Origin: Geopsychrobacteraceae bacterium
GTDB taxonomy: Bacteria > Desulfobacterota > Desulfuromonadia > Desulfuromonadales > Geopsychrobacteraceae
DNA length: 64,000 nucleotides
NCBI GenBank assembly: GCA_963676795.2
Contig: CAXXTB010000002.1
Coordinates: 1,472,001-1,536,000 of the forward strand
Direction of reading: 5' to 3'
The number at the start of each line of letters is the position of its first letter. Position 1 is the first letter of the stretch. A program made the position numbers and the translations under genes. This document shows positions 55,344-64,000 of this stretch, piece by piece. Below the pieces are notes generated by a model that had not been told where the DNA came from, searched no databases, and saw only the letters and a program-made list of their open reading frames with translations.

Positions 55344-56582
55344 TTACTTGTTCCTCGCTTCTTTTTCGTCGGTTAATGTTGCAGCAGTGTGGCATTGCTT
55401 CAATTCAAGCTCGATAATCCTGAAAATTTCACTATCCAGTTTCTTTGCATTGACCTGTATTTTGATGATATCACTGATTTCCTCAGGTATCAGGGCCTTT
55501 CTGTAGGGTCTGTTCTGGGCCAGCGCCTGGAAGATGTCGGCGAGCATGACAATTCTTGATTCGATACCAATTTCACCGGCGCTCTTCTTGAACGGATAGC
55601 CGCTGCCATCGAGTTTTTCATGATGATCTGACGCCCAGCGGGAAATCTCCTCAAGTCCGCCGATCCGGCCCAGAATTCTGTAGGTAATATAACTGTGATG
55701 ACGCATGGCTGCGAGACTGTCGCCTTCAAGGCTGTTTTTACTCTCGAGGATATCGTCGGCAACATTGAGTTTGCCGAGATCGTGGAGGAGGGCTGCCAGT
55801 TCAATTTTGTTGACTGTCTCTTTGTCAAGTTGGCAGCGTGTTGCCAGATAACGCGATAGCCCGGCAACGCCGAACGAGTGTTCAGCGGTGTAGGGGCTTT
55901 TGGCATCGACGATTTCGGCGAACAGGCGACCCATGGCAAACAGTTGATTGCTATCCAGTTCTTCAAAGGTGGATGTCGGCGGGCGGAATTGCAGAGATGC
56001 CTGCAGGTAGTGATCCTCCTGTGAGATCCAGAACGCTTCCTGGTCAGCAACACTGAGTAGCGCATCAACGAGCTCGGGTGAAAAATAGCTGTTCCTCAGT
56101 TTGGCGATTTTGTTGCAGATGGTTTCGCGCGCCGCCAGTCTGCTCGTTCTATTATAATAGGCTGTCAACGCGTCTATGCGGTCGGTCAGAAAGATCAGGT
56201 TGCTGATTGTTTTTGTGGAGGGGGCGAGATCGGTTTCGGTCAGATCTTCCCAGCGACTGTGGTGGTGGCGGATGATGTCGACGTAGCGATGCAGGGGCGG
56301 AAACTGGCTCAGTCGATTTGCACCGGTGACGCAGTGCTGATTGGACTCGCTCCAGTCGAGCTCATCGACCAGTTTTTTGTGGACTTTGGTTGAGGATACG
56401 CCGCAGTCGTGGATCAGCCCGGCCCGGTAGATGAATTTTTGTTGATCCTCTGACACGCCCAGTGCTCTGGCGCATTCTGTCGCCATATAGCCGACTCTTT
56501 TGCCATGGTTGAAGTCATCGATGCCTACCAGGTCGAGAGAGTCTGAAAGGGCATAGATGAATTGGTCGTAGTCGATTTTCAT
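55344..56582 (-). CDS. HD-GYP phosphohydrolase with tandem HD domains (cyclic dinucleotide phosphodiesterase-like)
   Basis: IHDCG and LHDLGK; HHEKLDGSGYP; ADIFQAL..RPYR. Confidence 0.9.
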   Translation of the reverse strand: MKIDYDQFIYALSDSLDLVGIDDFNHGKRVGYMATECARALGVSEDQQKFIYRAGLIHDCGVSSTKVHKKLVDELDWSESNQHCVTGANRLSQFPPLHRYVDIIRHHHSRWEDLTETDLAPSTKTISNLIFLTDRIDALTAYYNRTSRLAARETICNKIAKLRNSYFSPELVDALLSVADQEAFWISQEDHYLQASLQFRPPTSTFEELDSNQLFAMGRLFAEIVDAKSPYTAEHSFGVAGLSRYLATRCQLDKETVNKIELAALLHDLGKLNVADDILESKNSLEGDSLAAMRHHSYITYRILGRIGGLEEISRWASDHHEKLDGSGYPFKKSAGEIGIESRIVMLADIFQALAQNRPYRKALIPEEISDIIKIQVNAKKLDSEIFRIIELELKQCHTAATLTDEKEARNK

Positions 56583-56846
56583 TTTTTATCCTGTCCTGAT
56601 TGTGTCACTCTGTTCTCTGATCAGTCTAGCAGGGATTGGGAAATATGCCTGCTTTGACTTGTTGTTGTCATGAGATTGGGTGGGCGCCAGTCTGCGGTTC
56701 GGTTGACAGCCGGGCGTGTCGTTTCCGATGTTTTCTGATATTGTTAGAAGCAGGCCATTTGTTTTCCTCGGGGCTTGCGGATTCGGTTAATAAATGACAT
56801 TATCTCAGGCCTTGTTTTGTATAGCTCTTCCGGTTCAGGGGTGACA

Positions 56847-57704
56847 ATGCACATTGTACGTGCCACGAGCGCAGGCTTCTGTATGGGGGTCAGTCTTGCG
56901 CTGCGCAAGTTGGATGAAAAGATCGCTCAGCAGTCTGATACTGAGAATATCTATATCCTGGGTTCGATTATTCATAATCCCCAGGTTGTCAGTGATTATG
57001 CCGCCAAGGGGGTTCGGACGGTGCGGCAACCGGAAGAGATACCGCCGGGTGCAACGGTCGTTGTCCGGGCTCATGGTATTACCCGCCAGGTTGAGGCGGC
57101 ACTGGTGGAGCGTGGCGTTGAGATCATCGATGCGACCTGTCCCAAGGTGAAGGCTGCCTGCCTGAAGATCGAAAAATGTACCGAGGGCGGACGGATCCTC
57201 CTTCTTTATGGTGAGTCTGCCCACCCCGAGGTGAAATGCCTTCTCAGTTACGCTCAGGGGGAGGCTTGCGTGTTTGACAGCCCGGATCAACTGCATGTTG
57301 AATCTCTCGATTCAGCTAAAAAATACTGCCTGGCTGCCCAGACAACTCAGGACCGGGCGCTTTTTGAACAGACCGTGGCTCGTTTGCAGGCACGGGATGA
57401 TCTGGATATGACCATTCAGAATACGATCTGTGATGCGACCCGTAGGCGTCAGGGTGAAGCGGTTGAGCTTGCCAGAGAGGTTGACCTGTTTATTGTTGCA
57501 GGAGGATATAACAGCAGTAATACCAGACGCCTGGCCGAGGTCATTGAAGCGCAGGGGACAAAAGCGATTCACGTTGAAACGGCAGCCGAACTGTCTGTCG
57601 CTGAGCTGAAGCAGTATCAACGGATCGGTCTGACCGCGGGGGCTTCGACGCCCAAGCAGATTATTGATGAAATCGAGCAGTTATTGAATTCTCTTCAGGG
57701 GTAA
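56847..57704 (+). CDS. ispH: 4-hydroxy-3-methylbut-2-enyl diphosphate reductase
   Basis: AGFCMGV, IIHNP, RAHG, DATCPKV, HPEV, TICDAT..RQ, SSN, AGASTP. Confidence 0.95.
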   Translation: MHIVRATSAGFCMGVSLALRKLDEKIAQQSDTENIYILGSIIHNPQVVSDYAAKGVRTVRQPEEIPPGATVVVRAHGITRQVEAALVERGVEIIDATCPKVKAACLKIEKCTEGGRILLLYGESAHPEVKCLLSYAQGEACVFDSPDQLHVESLDSAKKYCLAAQTTQDRALFEQTVARLQARDDLDMTIQNTICDATRRRQGEAVELAREVDLFIVAGGYNSSNTRRLAEVIEAQGTKAIHVETAAELSVAELKQYQRIGLTAGASTPKQIIDEIEQLLNSLQG

Positions 57705-57710
57705 ATCAGT

Positions 57711-59288
57711 TTGCAGAAAGACGCTGTAAATCTATCAGGCCAGTCGCTGGCCTTCGCTGAAACCTGTTCGGATCCGGACGGGCTTTTCACTAAATTACAC
57801 CAGATCAACCGTCCGCTTGTGCTAGGTGCCGACTATGCCGACGCCCAGGGGGACAAGAGTGTCGGGGTGGTCCTGCCAGTTCCGTTATCCACATTCGGTG
57901 ACAGCTCATTTGTCGCGGACCATCGGCTGCGTTACGCTTATGTCGGTGGCTCCATGGCCAAGGGGATCAGCTCGGTTGCCTTGGTCAGTGCCCTGGGCCG
58001 AGCCGGTATGCTCGGTTTCTTCGGCTCTGCCGGACTGAGTCTTGAGCAGGTAGAAGGTGCGCTGGATCAGTTGCAGCAGGAGCCTGATATGCCGTTTGGC
58101 TGTAACCTGATTCACAGCCCGACAGAGCCTGAACTCGAGCGCTCGCTGGTCGATCTTTATCTGCGCCGGGGTGTGCGCCTGCTTGAAGCTTCAGCTTTTC
58201 TGGCCCTGACCCTGCCGGTCGTGCGCTTCCGGACTCAGGGTATCTATCGCGATACGCAGGGGCAGGTTGTTACGCCGAACCGCCTGATCGCCAAGGTTTC
58301 GCGTGAGGAGGTCGCCGCCCAGTTTTTTGCGCCGCCGCCGGAAAAGATGCTGCGTGAACTGGTTACGCAGGGTGATCTGAGCGAAGATCAGGCGCTTATG
58401 GCCGCAGAGATTCCGATGGCGCAGGACGTAACGGCAGAAGCTGATTCGGGTGGACATACCGACAATCGACCGGCTCTGGCTCTGTTGCCGACTCTGCTGG
58501 CCCAGAAAGAGCAGTTCCAGAAAAAGTACAACTATCGCCAGCGCCTGCGCGTCGGCCTCGGTGGCGGGATCGCCACTCCCTCTGCGGCACTGGCTGCCTT
58601 TACAATGGGTGCTGCCTACCTGGTGACCGGCACGGTCAATCAGGCCTGCGTCGAATCAGGCACCTGTGACGATGTGCGCAAACTGCTCGCTGAAACCCGC
58701 CAGGCCGACATTACCATGGCTCCATCGGGCGATATGTTTGAACTGGGGGTCAAGGTCCAGGTGGTCAAGCGCGGTACCATGTTTGCGGTCCGCGCCCATA
58801 AACTGTATGAGCTTTACCGGACCTATGGCGGTATCGACAGTCTGCCCGCCGATGAACGCGCCAAGCTCGAAAAGACCTTTTTCATGGCCCCTCTGGAAGA
58901 AATCTGGCAACAGACCAAAGGCTATTTCAATATTCGCGATCCGCGTCAGGTCGTCAAGGCCGAGTCCGATCCGAAATACAAAATGGCCCTGGTCTTTCGC
59001 TGGTACCTTGGTCAGTCGCCGGTCTGGGCCAACAGCGGCAATCCTGAGCGCAAAATCGATTATCAGATCTGGTGCGGACCCGCCATGGGCGCCTTCAATG
59101 AATGGGCGCGCGGCAGTTTTCTCGAAGATCCGGCTCAGCGCCGTGTTGTGACGGTCGCCTATAATATCCTCTATGGTGCTGCGGTTATGCAGCGTGCCAA
59201 CCAACTGAAAATGCAGGGCGGGCGGGCTGCCAGCTCTTTTGCGGTTTCGCCATTGCCGCTTGAGCAGATTGAGGAGTTTCTGAAATGA
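57711..59288 (+). CDS. pfaD: PfaD-family enoyl reductase of a PUFA-synthase-type PKS
   Basis: GSMAKGISS, EASAF, EADSGGHTDNRP, DYQIWCGPAMGAFN. Confidence 0.93.
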   Translation: MQKDAVNLSGQSLAFAETCSDPDGLFTKLHQINRPLVLGADYADAQGDKSVGVVLPVPLSTFGDSSFVADHRLRYAYVGGSMAKGISSVALVSALGRAGMLGFFGSAGLSLEQVEGALDQLQQEPDMPFGCNLIHSPTEPELERSLVDLYLRRGVRLLEASAFLALTLPVVRFRTQGIYRDTQGQVVTPNRLIAKVSREEVAAQFFAPPPEKMLRELVTQGDLSEDQALMAAEIPMAQDVTAEADSGGHTDNRPALALLPTLLAQKEQFQKKYNYRQRLRVGLGGGIATPSAALAAFTMGAAYLVTGTVNQACVESGTCDDVRKLLAETRQADITMAPSGDMFELGVKVQVVKRGTMFAVRAHKLYELYRTYGGIDSLPADERAKLEKTFFMAPLEEIWQQTKGYFNIRDPRQVVKAESDPKYKMALVFRWYLGQSPVWANSGNPERKIDYQIWCGPAMGAFNEWARGSFLEDPAQRRVVTVAYNILYGAAVMQRANQLKMQGGRAASSFAVSPLPLEQIEEFLK

Positions 59289-62200
59289 CAAAGTCCATGC
59301 AGCAACGAAACGAAACCGTGCCGAATGTCCCGCTGGCGATCGTCGGGATAGGTTGTATCTTTCCTCAGGCGGATAACCCGGGCGCTTTCTGGACCAATAT
59401 CAAAACCGGTGTCGACTGTATCAGCGAAGTCCCTGAAACCCACTGGAAGGCGAGTGACTATTACGACAGTGATCCGAAGTGCCCGGATCACGTCTACGCC
59501 AAGATGGGCGGTTTCCTGTCGCCGGTCAAATTCAACCCGATGGATTACGGTATCCTGCCGAACGCCCTGGAGGCGATTGATACCTCACAACTGCTCGGCC
59601 TGCTGGCCGTCGAACAGGCGCTCAGGGATGCCGGCTATACGGCCGAACGCGAATTCGACCGCGACCAGGTCAGCGTCATCCTCGGTGTCACCGGCACCCT
59701 GGAACTGGTCATTCCGCTCGGGGCACGGCTCAGCCATCCCAAGTGGCGCGAAGCTTTAGAGGACGCCGGGGTCGATGAAGAGCTGGTCACGGATATCATG
59801 CAGCGGCTTAGTGATTCCTACGTGCCCTGGCAGGAAAACTCGTTCCCCGGGTTGCTCGGCAACGTCGTCGCCGGGCGGATCAGCAAGCATTTCAATTTCG
59901 GCGGTACCAACTGTGTCGTCGACGCCGCCTGCGGCAGTTCGCTCAGCGCGATCAATCTGGCGGCCCTTGAGCTCTCCTCCGGCAAGGCCGATATGGTCGT
60001 CACCGGCGGCATTGACACCTTCAACGACGTCTTCATGTATACCTGTTTCAGTAAGACTCCGGCGCTTTCCCCTTCGGGGCATGCGAGGCCTTACGCCGAT
60101 AACGCCGACGGGACGACCCTTGGTGAAGGGCTCGGCGTGGTGGTCCTCAAGCGTCTGGCCGATGCCGAGCGGGATGGCGACAAAATCTACGCGGTCATCA
60201 AGGGGATCGGGTCGTCGAGTGACGGACGCGGTGGAGCGATCTATGAACCGAATGCCAACGGCCAGACCAAGGCCCTGCGGCGTGCCTATCAGCAAGCCGG
60301 GATTGAGCCGGATTCGGTCGAGCTGATAGAAGGACACGGTACCGGGACCAGGGTCGGCGATGCCATCGAGGTCTCCGCCCTCAAGCAGGTGTTCGGCGCG
60401 GCCGACAAACCATGGTGTGCTCTGGGCTCGGTCAAATCGCAGATCGGCCATACCAAGGCCGCTGCCGGCTCGGCTGGCATCATCAAAGCGGCCTTGGCGC
60501 TCTATCACAAGGTGTTGCCGCAGTCGATCAAGGCCGAGCAGCCACAGCAGATCCTGCTCGATGCCGGCTCTCCATTTTACCTGAACAGCAAGACCCGCCC
60601 CTGGCTCTCCAGAACCGGTCAGCCGCGCCGCGCCGGCGTCAGTGCGCTCGGTTTCGGCGGGAGTAACTTTCATTGCCTGCTCGAAGAGTATCGTGCCGAG
60701 AAGCTGGCCGTTGATTGGAACGCTGCCGTTCAGATCCTGCCGCTGTGCTGGAGCGATGCGGAAACGCTCGATGCCCAGCTTGGTTCTCTTGAGCAGGTGT
60801 CCGACTGGCACGGCCTGCGGTGCTTTGCCGCCGCTCAGCGGCAAGTTTTTTTGACAGATGCGGACAAGCGGCTGGTCGCGGTCGTCGAGAAGCATTCCTT
60901 CTCTGCTGCTGATTTGGCTGAAAAACTCAGACGTCTCTGCGCGCAGGCCGGAGAGAAAGACTATCTGGAGGCGCCGGAAGGCCTCTATTTTTCACAAAGC
61001 AAAATCGATGGTGAGCTCGCTTTCCTGTTCCCCGGCCAGGGGACTCAGTATCCGGATATGCTCGCTGATCTGGTCGTACAGTTTCCCGAATTCTTCACAA
61101 CTCTGGTTCACTTTGACGGCCAGTTCGCCGCTTTGACAGAACAGTGTTCAGGTCGTTTCGCCGATCTTATCTACCCGCCGCCGCGCTTCAGCGGTGAAGA
61201 GAGAACCCGGGACAATGAGGCGCTGCGCCAAACCGAAAATGCCCAGCCGGCGATCGGTACTGTCAGTTATGCTGCTACCCAGGTCCTGCAGCGTTTCGGG
61301 GTTGTCCCCCAGGCTGTAGCCGGGCACAGCTACGGCGAGCTGGTTGCTCTTGCCTGCGCAGGCGTGATGAGCGCCGAACAGCTGTTTGAGCTTTCCCGGC
61401 TGCGCGGCGAAGCGATGGCCGCAGGAGAGGGCGATCGCGGGAGCATGCTGGCCGTATCTGCGCCGCTTGAAACAATCGAAAGCTTCCTGCGCGGCTCAGG
61501 GCTCAAGCTGGTGCTGGCCAATCGCAATACCCCGACTCAGGGAGTCCTTTCCGGCGCATCGGATGAGATCGAAAAGGCCGCTCAACGACTCAGCGGCGAG
61601 GGGATCACGACAACCCGTCTGAACGTTGCAGCAGCATTTCACAGCGAACTCGTCGCTTCGGCCATTGTTCCGCTTTCCAAACGTCTGGGTGAAATGAAGC
61701 TGGCTGCCCCGCAGTTGAAGGTTTACGCCAATACGACCGGTGTGCAGTACCCTTACGGCGAAGAGAACATTAAACAGCTGCTCGCCCAGCAGTTGGCCCG
61801 GCCGGTAAACTTTGTCGCTGAAATCGAGAACCTTTACCGTCAGGGAGCGCGGGTCTTTGTCGAAGTCGGTCCCGGCGCGCGTCTGTCATCGATGGTCAAG
61901 GCGATCCTGGGCAAGCAGTCCTACCATGCACTGGCCCTTGATTCATCCGCAGGTAAACGTTCGGGGATCGTGGATCTGGCGCGGTTGCTGGCTCAGTGTG
62001 CAGCCCTTGGTCTGCCGCTGACCCTGTCAGCCTGGGATGCCGATTTCGCTTTACCCGCAGAACCCGAGAAGAAGGGGGGGCTGGTCGTTGAGCTGACCGG
62101 CGCCAATCAGTTCAGGAAAAAAGAAAAACGCCCACCATTAGTCAGAAAGAAGGCTCCTGTGTCGCAACAGAACACGGATATCGATAGACGAGTTCAGACT

Positions 62201-64000
62201 GCCGCCGAAACGGCACAACCCCAGACGCAGCGTCCTGCTCCGCACGATCTGCACCAGGCCCTGCAGGTAACCCAGCAGAGCCTGGCGACATTACAGAACC
62301 TGCAGGCCCAGACGGCCAGACTGCATCAGCAGTTTCTCGAAGGGCAGCAGGCGGCAACCCGGACCTTTATGCGCCTGATCGAGCAGCAGAATGCGCTGCT
62401 CAATGGACAGCCGTTGGCTGTCGCACCTGTTGTTGCTCAGCAGACTACAGTTTTACCGCAAAGCGTTCAGGCTCCCGTTGCCGTTGCACCGGTTCAAGCG
62501 ACTCCAGTCGCCGCTCCAGCTGTCCCGCAACCACAGCAACCGCGTGTTGATCCTGTCCCGGTTCAGATTGCGTCGCCACAAGAAAGCAGCACCGGTCAGC
62601 AGATAGCTCCGACCCTGCTGGCGATCGTTGCGGAAAAGACCGGCTATCCGGCTGAGATGCTCGAACTTGAGATGAACCTCGATTCCGATCTGGGGATCGA
62701 TTCGATCAAGCGGGTCGAGATCCTTTCCGCCCTGCAGGAGGCCCTGCCGGGAAGTGCTTCGATCAGCCCTGATGATCTTGGCCGTCTGCAGACGCTCGGC
62801 GAGATCGTTGCCTACCTGGGTAACAATTCAGACGCGTCAGTGACTGCTGCGCCGGCTTCAGCTGCGGCGTCCAACCTGGCCGCGTCAGAAGTTGAACAGA
62901 CCCTGCTCAAGGTTGTCGCTGAAAAAACCGGATATCCGGTCGGGATGCTTGAGCTTGAGATGAACCTCGATTCCGACCTGGGCATCGATTCGATCAAGCG
63001 GGTCGAGATCCTTTCCGCCCTGCAGGAGGCCCTGCCGCAGCTCCCTGCCGTCAAGCCGGAGGACTTGGGTGTTTTGCAGACCCTTGGCCAGATTGTCGCA
63101 CATCTTCTGGCTCAGGCTGGTGGCGTCACGACAGCCGTTAGCGCAGTGGCACCGGTCGTCGCTGTATCGATCCCGGTAGCCTCAACCCTGCTTGCTGTCG
63201 TTGCTGACAAGACCGGCTACCCGATCGATATGCTCGAGCTCGATATGGCGCTCGACAGCGATCTGGGGATCGATTCGATCAAGCGGGTGGAGATTCTCTC
63301 TGCTCTGCAGGAGGCCTTGCCGGAACTGCCGGCGGTCAAACCTGAAGATCTCGCTGTGCTGCAGACCTTGAAACAGATCGTTGAACATCTGGAACAGGGG
63401 TCCGTTTCAACAGTCGAGAGCCCCGCCGTCGCGGTTAAGTCAGATAGGCTGGATCAGAACCTGGTGGCCAACACCCTGCTGACGGTTATCGCCGACAAGA
63501 CCGGCTATCCGGTCGAGATGCTGGAACTCGGCATGAGCCTCGACAGCGATCTGGGGATCGACTCGATCAAGCGGGTTGAGATCCTCTCCGCACTGCAGGA
63601 GCAGTTGCCCACAGCTCCAGCGATCAAGCCGGAACATCTGGGAACCCTGCAGACGGTCAAGCAGATTGTGGAATTTCTGACGACGCTCAGCGGTGGCGAC
63701 AGCTCCGTCCCACTGGTTATTGATGATGCGCCACCTGCGGCTGCCGGGATAGTGCGGCAGGTGCCTGAAACTGTTCCATTGGCTCAACAGCGCGCCGCTT
63801 TTGACTTTCAGGCGAGTCCGGGTAAAGAGGTCTGGATCAGCGACGACGGCTCGAAATTGGTTGATGCTGTGTGTCAGAGGTTTATCTCTAAACAGTTGAT
63901 TCCACGGCGTATCGATATCGCCAAAGTTGCCGACATGTCGCCCGGGGTTCAGGTCGCCGGCCTGGTCATTCTGGCGCCGTTAAAGGGGACCAGCGATACC
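59285..64000 (+). CDS. pfaA: PfaA-type iterative type I PKS (KS-MAT-ACPx4-...), runs off window end
   Basis: ATG overlaps pfaD stop (ATGA); LAIVGIGCIFP, DAACGSS, HGTGT, GHTKAAAG; AT GHSYGE and AAFHS; four ACPs LDSDLGIDSIKRVEIL (~62600-63680); frame spot-checked, not read codon by codon; absent from the ORF track presumably because no stop falls in the window. Confidence 0.93.
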   Translation, partial: MTKSMQQRNETVPNVPLAIVGIGCIFPQADNPGAFWTNIKTGVDCISEVPETHWKASDYYDSDPKCPDHVYAKMGGFLSPVKFNPMDYGILPNALEAIDTSQLLGLLAVEQALRDAGYTAEREFDRDQVSVILGVTGTLELVIPLGARLSHPKWREALEDAGVDEELVTDIMQRLSDSYVPWQENSFPGLLGNVVAGRISKHFNFGGTNCVVDAACGSSLSAINLAALELSSGKADMVVTGGIDTFNDVFMYTCFSKTPALSPSGHARPYADNADGTTLGEGLGVVVLKRLADAERDGDKIYAVIKGIGSSSDGRGGAIYEPNANGQTKALRRAYQQAGIEPDSVELIEGHGTGTRVGDAIEVSALKQVFGAADKPWCALGSVKSQIGHTKAAAGSAGIIKAALALYHKVLPQSIKAEQPQQILLDAGSPFYLNSKTRPWLSRTGQPRRAGVSALGFGGSNFHCLLEEYRAEKLAVDWNAAVQILPLCWSDAETLDAQLGSLEQVSDWHGLRCFAAAQRQVFLTDADKRLVAVVEKHSFSAADLAEKLRRLCAQAGEKDYLEAPEGLYFSQSKIDGELAFLFPGQGTQYPDMLADLVVQFPEFFTTLVHFDGQFAALTEQCSGRFADLIYPPPRFSGEERTRDNEALRQTENAQPAIGTVSYAATQVLQRFGVVPQAVAGHSYGELVALACAGVMSAEQLFELSRLRGEAMAAGEGDRGSMLAVSAPLETIESFLRGSGLKLVLANRNTPTQGVLSGASDEIEKAAQRLSGEGITTTRLNVAAAFHSELVASAIVPLSKRLGEMKLAAPQLKVYANTTGVQYPYGEENIKQLLAQQLARPVNFVAEIENLYRQGARVFVEVGPGARLSSMVKAILGKQSYHALALDSSAGKRSGIVDLARLLAQCAALGLPLTLSAWDADFALPAEPEKKGGLVVELTGANQFRKKEKRPPLVRKKAPVSQQNTDIDRRVQTAAETAQPQTQRPAPHDLHQALQVTQQSLATLQNLQAQTARLHQQFLEGQQAATRTFMRLIEQQNALLNGQPLAVAPVVAQQTTVLPQSVQAPVAVAPVQATPVAAPAVPQPQQPRVDPVPVQIASPQESSTGQQIAPTLLAIVAEKTGYPAEMLELEMNLDSDLGIDSIKRVEILSALQEALPGSASISPDDLGRLQTLGEIVAYLGNNSDASVTAAPASAAASNLAASEVEQTLLKVVAEKTGYPVGMLELEMNLDSDLGIDSIKRVEILSALQEALPQLPAVKPEDLGVLQTLGQIVAHLLAQAGGVTTAVSAVAPVVAVSIPVASTLLAVVADKTGYPIDMLELDMALDSDLGIDSIKRVEILSALQEALPELPAVKPEDLAVLQTLKQIVEHLEQGSVSTVESPAVAVKSDRLDQNLVANTLLTVIADKTGYPVEMLELGMSLDSDLGIDSIKRVEILSALQEQLPTAPAIKPEHLGTLQTVKQIVEFLTTLSGGDSSVPLVIDDAPPAAAGIVRQVPETVPLAQQRAAFDFQASPGKEVWISDDGSKLVDAVCQRFISKQLIPRRIDIAKVADMSPGVQVAGLVILAPLKGTSDT

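Noticed and set aside
62600..63680. Non-coding DNA repeat family near the window end
   Set aside because: Explained by tandem ACP domains in frame within pfaA.

Overview
This 64 kb window looks like the chromosome of an anaerobic deltaproteobacterium (Desulfuromonadales-like; inferred from gene content). About 1-34 kb is an exosortase/PEP-CTERM-associated exopolysaccharide locus: exosortase, EpsI, eight glycosyltransferases, flippase, polymerase/ligase, acyl-modification enzymes and PrsK/PrsR. It has an AT-rich distal block and an inserted patch (truncated IS256, Y1/RAYT-like transposase, RHH-PIN toxin-antitoxin pair, beta-CASP nuclease). Downstream are an unusual FN3 protein, a Crp/Fnr-ygbA pair with a perfect FNR box, manC-manB, gap-pgk-tpiA, purL-purQ-purF-pyrE, nadB, slt-pgsA-3x tRNA-Gly, an HD-GYP protein, and ispH-pfaD-pfaA (PUFA-synthase-type PKS running off the window). 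The most striking unexplained signal is non-coding. Eight intergenic spacers next to polysaccharide-related genes are built from a small vocabulary of ~25-30 bp arms with 9-10 bp internal periodicity. The arms come as opening/closing inverted pairs, nest like brackets, are shuffled between spacers, and show G-U pairing on the sense strand in the stems I paired by hand. They form a 126-bp tandem array after a GxxExxY nuclease gene and ~230-bp direct repeats around a HEPN-MNT cassette. All counts and pairings were done by eye; no database searches were run.
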